A stretch of 64,000 bases of DNA from Eukaryota sp. TZLM1-RC (GCA_040285825.1 JAUPSS010000008.1:930001-994000); one strand, 5' to 3'. Positions 1 to 11,607 are shown, numbered from the stretch's first letter. Numbers and translations: made by a program. Notes: generated by a model not told the origin, from the letters alone.

Positions 1-291
1 TGACGGAGAGAAGTAGGCAACTGGGATCAAATTAGTGAAGGAAACATGACATGTCACAACTTCACCCAGGTAAATTTCAAAAGGTGAACTCTGAGATAAT
101 TCAAAAGAGTGGTTTTCAAGAACTTTTGAAGGAATAGGATATAGCTCAAAGGGAGGAGGGGTATATGACTCCTTGATATGAGAACTCAGAGGGTCTTCAG
201 AAATATTATCATTTCCAGGAGGTCTTGGGGGGTCGAGAATGTCAGGATAGCGTATAACTACACACTTGACATTGAAAGGAGTAGAATCCAT
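1..291 (-). CDS. 5' part of a probable TRAPP complex subunit 13-like protein (runs off the window start)
   Basis: Open frame from ATG at 291: MDSTPFNVKCVVIRYP...FEIYLGEVVTCHVSFTN. It resembles the TRAPPC13 N-terminal FGxI(Y/F)LGETFxxxISxxN motif. Translated by hand; not in the ORF track. Confidence 0.5.
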   Translation of the reverse strand, partial: MDSTPFNVKCVVIRYPDILDPPRPPGNDNISEDPLSSHIKESYTPPPFELYPIPSKVLENHSFELSQSSPFEIYLGEVVTCHVSFTNLIPVAYFSPS

Positions 292-1059
292 TGTTACAGA
301 TTGCAATATTAATGAAGATGTGGTGTTGTAAATGTGAGGGAAGGGACTGATTTTTTCAGAATTTATTAACCCATATCATATCCCCACTATTTACATTTGC
401 TTCCATCACTGCCAACATGTTGAGCAAATTATCATTGCATGCTTACAATTGAAACAACAAATGGTTCAAAACTCATCAGTTAAAAATTGTAATATCCATC
501 ATCATTAAGTAAGATTGTCCAATTTTGAATAATTTTCTCTTTGAAAGTGTTTCAGGGTTCTTTGAATTTCATATGTTTTTGTTGTCTCCAGTCTCTTATC
601 CAGATCTCTACCGGATCGCTGGTAACACCATTCACTGTTTTAAATCATTGATTCATCAAATCTGCAAATTTTGGACTTAAATTGGGATAAAGTTGCTGCT
701 CAATCTTCTACAAAGTCAACCGTGTGATCATGTCAACCCATTCTCACTGATTACGTAATTTTTTATTGCAATACTGAGTTCTTGAGGTATTTCATCTCTC
801 AATAACCTAATAGTTCTCTAATCTCTAACAACATAATGTAAGGTTAAGCGATGAGTGATGAGTGATCATTTTCGACTAATTGAGAGCAATACGCAAATTA
901 ATTTGTGGAGAAATAGAACCAATAGTGTGTTCTTTTGATAATAATTGGTCAAATTGAATACTCAGCTGCTTTCTCAGTGGTTATTAACGTGTCAAAATTG
1001 ATATGATACATGTTCAGCAACTCAACAACCAAGAGAATACAGAAAATCATGATGATTTA

Positions 1060-2300
1060 AATATATATATTTATTAAACAATTTATCAATCAACAACCAA
1101 ATAATCCATTTCTCCCAAAGCAAAACAACTAGATGCAATTCTCTTATAGTGAGACCCAAGAGAAAGCAAAGCATTAGAAACCAACTTCAACATCGCCTTA
1201 AAAATAGAAACACAATTCTATTTTGCCAAAACAATCTGTTGAATTTTCTGTTGGTTCTCTTTACAATCATTTTCAAAATCTGCGAAAAATCGTTAGCTGT
1301 AAAGAGCAAGTGAACCAAATAGAAAAAATACAAATGAATACAAATTGTATTTTGCATGTCATTGGGTGAACAATTTGGATAAAGGTTCACTGTATGTTTT
1401 GATTTTGAAATTTTCAGCATTTGAACGAAGATTATGAATTCCAGAATTAGCAAGCCTTTCATTTGAGACATTACAACGATCAATAGACATTACATCCACT
1501 AAAGTGAAGGATCCATCTAATCCAGGTAATAAGACATCACCTCTATTATTCATATGAAAATCATCTTCAGTATCAAACAGATTTGACAACAACGGTTCCA
1601 AATAAAGATTCAATTCTCTGAGACTTACACATACAATATAATTGGTCTCTTATAGCATCGTGGACCTTGCTTCTAAAAGCAATAAAATGTTTACCATTTA
1701 ACAATTGAGTAATTGACATTTTTCGAGAACATTTACAAATTAAATTATGAGGCAAACTATCAGGCCAGATAAAGGAACGAAATCTCTCAATAAAAGTCCA
1801 GGCAAAATCAGTTCAGAGAGTGCAATAAACTTGAGGAATGGTTGTTACTAAAGCAGAAGAAGTACTATCGCACATATCTTGTAAAAGATTTGCGAAAGCG
1901 AGATTTTTTTTCTTGTACAAATCAAGTCTAAAATCAAAATCCAATCTTTCAAAAATCTTTGACAATTTTTGTTGAAGTTTTCTACAGCAAAACTGCAAAT
2001 TAAAAAGAGATCGGTTTGGAATTTCTTGAAGGGAAAACATTTGGTTCTCCGTCTAAGCTTCAGTAAAATCTGCTAGAAATCGTAGATCGGAGCGAGCAAG
2101 TGTGAACAAAATAGAGAAAATACAAATGGATACAAATTGTATTTTACAAACTGTTGGGTGGACAATATGGGCAAAGGTTCACTTTATTTACTAATTTGGT
2201 AATTTCCATCATTTTGAAGGGGATTACGAACTTCAGCATTAGCTCAATTAAACAAATGTCAGACCGAATTAGAGAACCTTTAGCGAGACAGCAAGCAGAT
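1060..2300 (-). mobile_element. Decayed non-LTR retrotransposon 3' ends with a restriction-like endonuclease (RLE) domain, two tandem fragments
   Basis: Frameshifted ORFs give HDAIRDQL...EPLL...RGDVLLPG...LVDV...AENFKIKTY...WQNRIVF, the RLE signature. About 2060-2300 repeats about 1290-1530. An AATAAA and (TA)n tail lies near 1060-1076. Confidence 0.72.
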
Positions 2301-2301
2301 C

Positions 2302-2666
2302 AAGATTTTGTAGAGGAAATTTTGGTTCAATGAATTTCGTCCCATCAGTTATGAATTAATTTTATTAAGTGTGCATGTTCAATAAATATTTTTTTAGTTT
2401 TTCTGAAGAAAAATCATTTTCATTTGATAAAAAAAACTTAAATTAATTTATTTGAACAAAAACTTGAAAGCCTTCGTTCTTGATTTTAAAATATGTTAAT
2501 TGAAAAAAATTAATTAAAAATAAAATTTTGAATTAATGGAATAACGATTAATTGTGTCCCATCTTTTTTATCATATTCGATTTTATTGAATTTGCACACT
2601 TGATTAAATTAAATCATAACTAATGGGACGACTATCATTAAACCAAGATTTCCTCTACAAAAACTT
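2302..2666. mobile_element. MITE/foldback-like element with ~85-bp imperfect terminal inverted repeats
   Basis: 2306-2390 (ttttgtagaggaaattttggttcaatga...gtcccatcagttatg...aagtgtgca...ttcaataaa) is an imperfect reverse complement of about 2581-2662. The interior is AT-rich and non-coding. Confidence 0.7.
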
Positions 2667-2669
2667 AAT

Positions 2670-3480
2670 TTAGTCCCATCTTCGAAAATTTCATAAATTT
2701 CTTCATCATTTGAACACTTTAAAATTCGTTCCTTCCTAAAACTAAATATGGCAGCAGCTATTAAAGGCAAGAAAATTAAATCATCAAAACCAATAATCCT
2801 GTCCCAAAGTAGAAAAAACTGATCAATGGTTATGTAGTTAACATTTGTACCTAGTTAACGCTAGGAACACCTTGCCGGCAAAAATGACGACACTGGGGAG
2901 GGTAGTGCTTCCCTGCGATGTCAGCAGCTAATTTAATATGTGAATTAACAGAATTATTATTTGAATTATTAAATGTTAAATCGTCAACGCCTATCTGAAC
3001 ATACTTGTTTGGTGAGAGCTCTGTGAATTCATTAGCTAGATTGGTTAAGCTAGGAACGTGCATGGAGAGCTTGATAAGGCCCCATGGTGATAGGGAAGGT
3101 TCATTGTTACGGTTAGGAGAAGAGAGAGACTGAAGAACGGAGAACAGTTCCTCCGGCTCCCACACGTAACGAAGGGACATAAAGTCAACGGACGAGGATG
3201 TGACAGAATCTACAAGCGGGAGTTTGCTTTCACGGCGAAGATCTTCCAGGGCTGCGACGACATGGCGTTCCCAACGACGACGTGCGGAAAGAATGACTGG
3301 ATGGGTTTCGATTGGAGTGGAGATTTTAGATTTTGTTGATTGAGAGATAGCCCCTCTGGTGTCTTGTTGATACACTTGGTGTAAGCACTTGCTACAGATT
3401 CAGGACTATAGCGTTGTTTAAGCAATTCTAGTTTCAAACGTCGACGAAAAACCAATATTCTGTGGTATCTTTATAGGTAC
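2670..3480 (-). pseudogene. TBC1D19-like RabGAP pseudogene (frameshift, TBC core deleted)
   Basis: WGLIKLSMHVPSLTNLANEFTELSP..QIGVDD and QGVP are followed directly, in another frame, by the C-terminal YITIDQFFLLWDRIIGFDDLIFLPLIAAAIFSFR. Stops and frameshifts are present, and the 3' end runs into the MITE. Confidence 0.68.
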
Positions 3481-3862
3481 TCATTGAAAGGTGTGGAGAT
3501 GTGTAGTTTGTGCTCCTACTGAAAGCCTATTAGGAAGGTTGGAGAGGTCAAGATATTGCTGAAGTACGGACCTTTGAATGTTGAGATGAAAAACAAAGAA
3601 AAAGTTTGATAAAGATGAATTTTGGATGATGAAACTAATGGCAAACCATTTGAAACCCAATTACCAACATCAGTGACACAACATGCTGCTTTCAAGAGAG
3701 AAACACAACAGAAACCTGATGTCTCGATAGATGTACCTTTAATAAACTGTTTAAACAATCTTTATTTCAATATAGCAAATAGAAGAAAAGTTGTCGACAT
3801 CGAAACCAAATTTTGAAAATAACCCAAACTCAACAATCAATCATTTCTGATTGTCTGACACT

Positions 3863-5853
3863 ATGCCGTGTTCCGTCTGCCGGGCGGCCACCCACAACCG
3901 ACGTACTTGTCCTCAGAGACAAGTGTCATCACCAGATGATAATGGTTGGATTCCAGAAGCAGCGCACCACCTAAGTACTGGCTTAAATGAGGGCGAAAGG
4001 CCACTCCCAGTTCCAGTTCGCCCGCCACCAGACCCTCTCCCGTCTGCCACAACCACGACTGTGCCTGTAAGCCTCCCAAGATTCTTTGCCTCTCGTGCTG
4101 CTCAAGCTATTGAGGCACAGCTTATTCACTTACGAGATGTTGCTTTCTATGCCACCTTATTGGCAAGAAGGCTTCTATTAGAATATCCGCATCTGTCCTG
4201 CTGGCTCGCTCACCGTCAATTCTGGTCGCAGTGCTTCGACTGCGTCACCCACAGTCGACCTAAAATTAGGGAGCCTTTCAAGAGCACTAACCCTGATGTC
4301 TATGAGGCTCTTACGCATATGACATCAAGTGCTACCTGGCCGTGGCCTCCGTTAGTAGAGGGCCAAGAACATCCACCCTTTTGTCAGGCTGCTCTTTTTA
4401 GCATTAGAGCTGTTCAACTCGAATCAGCTCACAGACAGCTGCTGACCGATGGCCCTGTGACCTGGAAACTGAATTTCTTCAGGTCTATGGGTAAGCAGAT
4501 GGAGTGTCCTGCTCCATCAAAGTATGCCAGTTGTGTGGTTTCCGGTTCCACAATTTCTGCAAATTTAAGACAATGGTATGAAGAATATCATTTTCATATT
4601 TCCGAAATTTGGAACCAAACAGTAACATCTAATGATTTGTATACGCGTGCCCTGAGGCGTGATGAATTGGATATCACTGTTTAAAATTGTTGGTTGATAA
4701 GCCATTGGGGATTGGCAATTTTACATCGTCTAGAAAGTACATGCCCAAATGTATTTCGAAGACATGCCTTATCCCCAATTGCCACCAAAGTTCCAGGGTT
4801 TGTTCCTTTTAATCAACAAGCTCTGGAATATTTCAAAAAATTGAATCCTAACCAACAATTATTACGGAACCCTTTTAAGTTTTTTAACAAGAAAAAATTA
4901 AAACTTTCTCAATTTCTAGCAATGGACTCTCATTGCGCTTCACTTTTTCAAAGAAACCAAAAAAGACGTGCACCAGGCGAAAAAATTCTGAAATTCAAGC
5001 ATTGGGTCAAAGTCGTCCTTATTTCAGAGAGTCTACTAGAAAACGAAATAAGAGAATAAATGGGCGAGCTAACCGACCGAGGACAATTGCTAGACGGTCT
5101 CAAGATTGCTCGCAGGATCTTCCCATCAGAGAAGACCTTTTTTTTCGTGGCGGTTGATCCAAACCATTCAAATTTATGTGGTTGGACAACTGGACATTGT
5201 TCACAAGAGAATAGGGTAAATGTTGAACAATCTGGAATTCTACTGAATCCGAAGCAAAAGTAATTGATTTTCCCCAGCCACTCACTCAATCCTCTGTGAA
5301 CACTTATTCCGTTGAGAGCTTCAACAGGTATCTCATTGAAATAGCTTCACTGATAAGGAATGATGAGCAGGAAACAATTTCTTTGGTTTCCCAAACTTTG
5401 ACCAATAGTACAGAGAGAATTTTGAGACGAAATAAGTTTGATTTTGTGATAAGAAGACAAAAAAGGTTCATTCATTTTATTAACAAAATTAAGAGACTAG
5501 CTAATAACAGGGAAACTATTATTTGGTTTGGTAATGGTGGTAATGGACCTTCTCGACAATCCACCAAAGCCCCAACTAAGAAGTTTCTGACAGAAGTAAA
5601 GAAATACTTTGCCAATGTGAAGGTTGGAGATGAATACATGACATCTGCCAAAACCAATTGTTGCAAGGTACATCACAGGAAGGTGTATCATAAAGGCACT
5701 CGAAGAATCAATAATGCTTACTTTGAATGTCCTAGATGTGATGAACGCTGGTCTAGAGACATTTCCGCTTCAAGAAATCAGCTAGAGATTGCGATTTCTG
5801 AACATTTTACTGGGATCAGACCAGAGACATTTAGAAGGGAGGTGAGAGAGTGA
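3863..5853 (+). pseudogene. Fanzor (TnpB-like RNA-guided RuvC nuclease), family 1 copy A, with N-terminal CCHC zinc knuckle; disrupted
   Basis: N-terminal CSVCRAATHNRRTC; RuvC-I FVAVDPN; IWFGNGG..APTKKFL; RuvC-II GDEYMTS; Zn finger CC..CPRC; RuvC-III WSRDISASRN; C-terminal RPETFRR. There is one in-frame TAA (4682-4684) and about three frameshifts at or near A/T runs (~4900, ~5140, ~5258). Confidence 0.87.
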
Positions 5854-5994
5854 TAGTTGTTTGTATCCATGTATTGTCTTCGGGCGCTGTGATCCTGAAA
5901 AGGAAACCGTATAAGGGAATGGAGGAATGCTACATGATGTATGGATTTCCGATGAAATTCACAGCCTGTGAATCACAGGTGTATTACAATATTT
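5854..5994 (+). ncRNA. Putative omegaRNA scaffold / right end of Fanzor A
   Basis: GTC-TTCG-GGC hairpin (5876-5885); GCTGTGA (5886-5892) pairs with TCACAGC (5959-5965); GGAAACCGTATA (5902-5913) pairs with TGTATGGATTTCC (5938-5950); CCTGTG-AAT-CACAGG (5965-5979). Motifs are shared with copies B and C. Confidence 0.55.
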
Positions 5995-6021
5995 TCCTTC
6001 CAAAAATAACCTTTCTTCTCC

Positions 6022-7240
6022 ATGGACGCTCATTACGATGAGCTGTTCAAACATCATAATGCAGATAATACCTTTACAGGCAAAAGGATGAGAAAACCAG
6101 TTCCACGCAAAGCAGTAGATTCATCCAGCGCTGCAGCTCTCCGTATGATTTGGAAATTCAGACGAGGAGAGGATGCCCCAGGATCTCTTGCCTCTCTGCG
6201 TCCTCATTCAGATGCATTTAAATTTATGCACCCTGTTTCTTCATTTGCGAGGTACTGTTCTGCAGGAGTCATGCTTCGCTATGTCCACACATGCACAAAC
6301 AAGGAGCGAGTCCCGATCTATTCTGTCACTTATACTCCTGATGCGAGGAGAATCTTTACCGGTACGTACCAAGGAGAAATCACCCTTTGGAATGGTGTTC
6401 AGTTTAATTTTGAGACGATTCTCACAGCTCATTCCGCTGTTATTCATACCCTCACCTGGTCAAAAGATGGGGTTTTCCTCATTTCTGGTGATGGCAGAGG
6501 TGAGATTCGTTATTGGTTATCAAATATGAACAATTTAAAAAAACTACAACCACATTCAGAAACAATTCGTGACATTTCTGTTTCCCATAACAACACTAAG
6601 CTTATTACTGCTTCTACAGACAAAACAATGAAGGTTGTGGATTTTTCCACAACAAATGTTGAACTTGTATTGGAAGGACACAATGCAGATGTTCACTCAG
6701 CCCAATGGCATAATAGATTCTCTTTGATTTTATCATCTAGTAAGGACGGTACAGTCAGATTGTGGGACCCTAGGTCTGGAAATGGTGACTTGTTTACTTC
6801 TTCTCAGCATCGTAATGTTGTAAATGGGGCGAAGTGGAATCCTCATAATGAACTTTCTTTTGCTTCTATAGGCGCTGATGGTCTTGCTTTTAGTTACGAT
6901 ATAAGACAATTACGTACAACAAAAATGACATTTAGAAAACTTAAAAAAGAGTTTTCCTCATTACAGTTTCACCCTATAATACCAAATTATTTTGTTACTG
7001 GGGGTAGCGATGGAACACTAATGCATTGGGATCTCACAAGATCTGAACCCTTACATGTTATAGAAAAAGCCCATGATAATGTTATAAGGTCCATGGCGTT
7101 TCATCCCATGGGTAATGTTTTAGTTACTGGAGGTTTGTCTATCTACTTATCTTATTTCAGCAAATGATCACCACACAAAGATTTGGGCTCATAATCTACC
7201 GGAACATTTGTTACCCAAGGATCAAGAATCTTCTATGTGA
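6022..7240 (+). CDS. WDR33: WD40 polyadenylation factor WDR33/Pfs2 (exons 6022-7132 and 7161-7240)
   Basis: FTGKRMRKPVPRKAVD, YTPDARRIFTG..GEITLWNGVQFNFETILTAH and AHDNVIRSMAFHPMGN. Removing the intron restores TGANDHHTKIW. Confidence 0.92.
7133..7160 (+). other. 28-nt spliceosomal intron (GTTTGT...TTCAG)
   Basis: Its removal restores the conserved last WD40 repeat of WDR33. Confidence 0.8.
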
Positions 7241-7824
7241 TTTTTAGTGCTTTTGTTCAAAACTTTGAAAAGTTTTAGTCCATCTTGGTGTTTCCTTTTC
7301 ATAAACTATTTTATCAAAGTTTCATTCTTCAATTGCACATTGAGTCTATGTAAGTATTCTTTCTACGTTTTGGTTTCATATCTAGTTTGATTTTGCAAAT
7401 TGTTCTAATACCTATTTCTTCACAAAATTTAAATTTATGGATATCACTACAAAAGATGAGATTAAGAACCGAGGGTAATGAAAGAATGGCTTAATAATTT
7501 ACTATTTTTATTAAATGGGTGCTCATTTAAACAGATATTGTCTATAACAATCAAATAAGTTGCCTATGACAACTGAGTTGAGAAGGGAAATGTTTTCTTC
7601 TTTTTTGATTTTAAATACTTTGATGAAACACGTGAAGGGTTTCACTACTGCTTTCAGAAGAAATGATGTTCACCAGTTTGCCGTTTTCACAGCAATGTTT
7701 AGAGGAAGTGACGGCTGTTAGAAGAGTACTCAGGTCCATCCTGATACAAGGAAAAAGTAGTGTGGGATTTCTTTTATAGTTTTCTGAAGTGAAAAAGCAT
7801 AAAAAGAATAGTATAAGGTTCATT

Positions 7825-9912
7825 ATGTATTCTATATGTATCCTTGCTATTCTATGCCTAGCTTCTGCTCTGACGCCTGACCATTCCAGCCGTACCTTTT
7901 GGGGCACTTATAAACCCGGACACTTTTTCGGTGTTCGATCTCGATCACCGGACAGTTTTCACTTTGGAGTTGCATGGATGTCACTCTCCGATCCTCAGGC
8001 CCTGTCGAAGATCCGCCACGAATGTACAAAGAATGAACTCGATTCGGGGATCTATCTCACCTACAAACAACATGACTTCTTCAATTTTGCCGTTGAAGAA
8101 ATACTAGATCATGAATATAATTTAAACCTCACTATCTCCTTTGTCAAAACTAACGATTACAGTGAATGGTCTGTTTCTGTTGAGACTGCCCCCATAGATT
8201 CCACTAAACCTTTGTCAGTCATTTCTATTTTTCCATATATCAGAGGACCTCATGATATTTCAATCACCCCCTTCACCCTTTCAAATGGACATAGAACACC
8301 ATTAGCCAGTTTTTCTCAGGCTTCTGGTGAATACCAGTTCCTGGTCGTTTCCCCCACTGATGTTAATTTTGATTTAGTTTCATTTCCTCCTGGGTCTGAA
8401 AGTCTTTTTTCTCAACAAATAGCACATTCTATTATTGGTGACAAAAAGAATCAAATCACTGGACTGTTGAGCGGTAAATACAAGAGTTCTGGAAATCTTT
8501 TATTAGCACAAGTATTATCTAAAGGTAAAATGAAATTCAATTGTTTATTGTTCAAGGATAATCAAATGGTAACTGATGGACTAATATCTTCTAGAATTAA
8601 CTCAATGAAGACCAAATTGACCAACGATAATGAAGCTTTCTCTCTCCAATTTGATAATTTATCCAACTCGCATCGTGCCCTGGCCATGAGCACCCTCTCC
8701 AATCTCTATGGAGGGGCTGGTTACTGGTATGGACATTCCACAGTATCAGAGAGAACCAAGAAGGGGTCAACTAGTTTATATGCAACACCAGACGCTGAAC
8801 ATTTTTCATTCACACCTTCTAGGACCTTCTTCCCACGAAGTTTTCTCTGGGATGATGGTTTTCATCTCATGGTGGTTGCAAAATATGAGCCATTACTTGC
8901 AGCAGATGTGATCAACTCATGGATTTCTCTTATAGATGAGACTGGTTGGGTAGCAAGAGAGCAGATTTTGGGACCAGAGGCATCTTATAGAGTGCCTTCA
9001 GAGTTTAGAACTCAGTATAAACATGTATCTAATCCTCCAGCATTGATAATGCCAGTAGTTGAGTTATTTGATCAGCTTAATGAGGGGAGCTTCACTCATG
9101 ATGAAGAACAAATCATAAGACAAGCTTTGAAAAAGTGGCTTCCAAAACTTTCTCAACACCTAAAACAAATAAGGAAACATTGCTACAAAAAGAAGACCTG
9201 GACTTGGCCTGATCGAGACCATAGTCACTGCTTGTCTTCTGGGTTGGACGATTATCCAAGAGGAAAATCTCTGTCAGCTCAGGATTCTAATGTTGATCTA
9301 GTTTCATGGATGTGTTGGGCTCATGGGCATTTGCAAAGAATGTCTACTGTTCTCAGTGAAGGGGTTTATGAATACCCCAAAGCTTTGATAGATTGCAGAC
9401 AAAACTTGGTTGATTTTCATTGGTCTGAAAAACGAAAGTTCTTTGGTGATGTTACATTCAAGGATGATAAGAGAATAGTTCTTGCTTACCAAGGTTATGT
9501 TGGACTCTTTCCAGTGTTGTTTTGCCACTTAAACGCTGATGATTCGAGATTAAGTGATGTTCTCAATGTTGTACTGGATGAATCAGCTCTCCTCTCTTCT
9601 GCAGGTGTGCGATCTCTCTCCAAAACCTCCAAGTATTTTGGCACGGGGGAAAACTATTGGAGGGGTCCTGTTTGGATTAATATAAACTATTTGTTGCTCA
9701 AGGCCCTCCGTCAATGTTATTGGGATAACAATCAGGCAAGAGTAGCTTATCAATCAATTAGAGAACGTATAATTACCAATATTAATAATGATTATTCAAA
9801 AACAGGCTATTTATTCGAACAATACAATCCAATTGGCGGAGAAGGACAAAAGAATTACCCATTCTATGGTTGGTCATCTCTTGTGCTTAACATTTTGAAC
9901 GAAAGTTTTTAA
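7825..9912 (+). CDS. MOGS: Mannosyl-oligosaccharide glucosidase (ER glucosidase I, GH63)
   Basis: Signal peptide, then FWGTYKPGHFFGVRSR, PSRTFFPRSFLWDDGFH, GWVAREQILG, LSSGLDDYPR, YWRGPVWININY and EQYNP...PFYGWSSL. Confidence 0.93.
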   Translation: MYSICILAILCLASALTPDHSSRTFWGTYKPGHFFGVRSRSPDSFHFGVAWMSLSDPQALSKIRHECTKNELDSGIYLTYKQHDFFNFAVEEILDHEYNLNLTISFVKTNDYSEWSVSVETAPIDSTKPLSVISIFPYIRGPHDISITPFTLSNGHRTPLASFSQASGEYQFLVVSPTDVNFDLVSFPPGSESLFSQQIAHSIIGDKKNQITGLLSGKYKSSGNLLLAQVLSKGKMKFNCLLFKDNQMVTDGLISSRINSMKTKLTNDNEAFSLQFDNLSNSHRALAMSTLSNLYGGAGYWYGHSTVSERTKKGSTSLYATPDAEHFSFTPSRTFFPRSFLWDDGFHLMVVAKYEPLLAADVINSWISLIDETGWVAREQILGPEASYRVPSEFRTQYKHVSNPPALIMPVVELFDQLNEGSFTHDEEQIIRQALKKWLPKLSQHLKQIRKHCYKKKTWTWPDRDHSHCLSSGLDDYPRGKSLSAQDSNVDLVSWMCWAHGHLQRMSTVLSEGVYEYPKALIDCRQNLVDFHWSEKRKFFGDVTFKDDKRIVLAYQGYVGLFPVLFCHLNADDSRLSDVLNVVLDESALLSSAGVRSLSKTSKYFGTGENYWRGPVWININYLLLKALRQCYWDNNQARVAYQSIRERIITNINNDYSKTGYLFEQYNPIGGEGQKNYPFYGWSSLVLNILNESF

Positions 9913-9956
9913 TAAATAATTAGCTGTACAATGCAAAATAAACAAAAGAATAAATG

Positions 9957-11295
9957 CTATCGATATCTTAAACTATTTGAACTAAAACTTGAATAAACCC
10001 TGTCCATATCACCATTTTTCCTTCTCCGTTCCATGGAAGATGTTTTACTTGCTGAAGATGCCGTTGGTGCTAATAAAGATGAAGAAACCCCTGTTCGACG
10101 ACGAACTTTTTTAGTGGTTTTTTTCACCTCACCAGAACTGGCAGATTTAGAACGATGCTCTTTGGATGAAGATAAGGACCCATCTCTGCTTCGTTCCATT
10201 GCTCTTACTGACCGTGAAGGAACTTCTTCCACTGGTTTCAACGTTCGAACCCTTGCTCTAGGTGAGGGTTGAATAGCAAAGAACTTGGAACTCGAGGATG
10301 ATGCTTCATCCTCAGAAGAAGATTCAAACGAAGGAACCTTTACGTCCAAAACAGGCATCACTATTGGTGTACTTTTCTTTTCCTGCTTTGGTGTGGAGAA
10401 TTGCGGAGTTGATTGATCATGATGGGAAGGAGAACTGGGGGATAGGGACACATCGGCAAGGTTCTTGTTTGCTTCTTCCTGCTGTCGTTGCCACTCTTCC
10501 TCATCCACTCCATAAGGTGCTACAGAGGGACTTTTTACTCTGAGAATAGGAGTACCAGGTGAAGATGCCCTGCGGTTGGGACTGCTCTCACCAAACTTTA
10601 TTGAAGATCTCCTTCTTTGACGTCGAATTGGTTTAAATTGGGGAAAATAGGGCCCTTCCCGAGGCTGAATTAAGCCTCCTAAACAAGTGTTCAAGTGTGT
10701 GTTAAACAAAAGCTCTCTCTCAGCTTCTCGAGAAGGAGAAAGAGGACGATCAGAGGCCTCAATTGTGCGTGAAAAGTATTCCAATTGTCGTAGAAGAGAG
10801 GGTTTAACATGTTGCAGGGAAATCTTGTATGAAAGAAACTCCTTGACAGTCTTGTAGCTCCACTTGAAGAGATCCATCAGATAGGCGGCTGTAAGGGCAA
10901 CACATCGAGAGCGACCATGTAATGAATGTATTAAAACACACTGCTCAACAGAACGGGCGGCTTTGATAAAATGGTGAACTTTACGAAGATTCCTCCCTTC
11001 CGGATCTATTATGATGCAAGAGGAATCATCACGCCAAGGAAAAGACAGATACTGAGGTAATAAACAAAATGTAGAGACAAACTTTGATGCCATGCGAGCT
11101 CCAGCGTTCATCTACCTGGCCAGAAGCACAATTAATGATATGAGTGATTTTGTTGGACGTTATAAATTCAGATCTGTATGCAGCCTCCGCACCACCAATG
11201 AAGAGACCATCTTTTATCTTATAAGCGATAACAGGTACATCCAGTAAATCATTTTGAAAGAAGTCAGACGCATAATCAGTTGCAAAGAAAGTCAT
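9957..11295 (-). CDS. Dual-specificity phosphatase-like protein with Ser in place of the catalytic Cys (exons 11295-11083 and 11051-9957)
   Basis: KIKDGLFIG..NKITHIINCA, then VLIHSLHGRSRCVALTAAYLM, followed by a long Ser/Arg-rich disordered tail. Confidence 0.85.
11052..11082 (-). other. 31-nt spliceosomal intron (GTTTGT...CTCAG)
   Basis: Joins HGIK to YLSFPW in frame, linking ORF 11029-11346 to ORF 9957-11111. Confidence 0.8.
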
Positions 11296-11366
11296 GATGA
11301 TATAGATGTTGTCTATAGCAGCAAAGAAGAGGTGTCTGTGACGCAATTAGAGTAAAGTGGGATTGA

Positions 11367-11607
11367 GTTATTTTTGGAACAGAAGAGAGATGACTCAGAT
11401 CAAAATTAGTGTGATTTTAAATATCAATGCTTAGACCTATCTTTGGTTTTCATTTGAAATGCATACTTTCGTCAAGCATCATTCAAACTTATTCCAAGAA
11501 CTTTCATTTTTGGTGAGATTGTCCACAGACGTTCTAGAATCCTCAAATAATTGGCCACCAATCTCAGTGAGTCCATTTCTCCTCTAGAACAATACGTAGC
11601 TTTGAAG
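11367..11607 (-). ncRNA. Putative omegaRNA / right end of Fanzor C
   Basis: After the stop: ACGTATT (11597-11591), stem GTTCTAGA (11590-11583) pairing with TCTAGAAC (11538-11531), then GTCTGTGG. TTCCAAAAATAAC (11379-11367) is identical to 5998-6010. Confidence 0.4.

Noticed and set aside
5886-5965. Hammerhead-ribozyme-like CTGAAAA...GATGAAA core
   Set aside because: It lacks the CUGANGA consensus and any stem III/NUH cleavage site. The structure is better explained as an omegaRNA scaffold.
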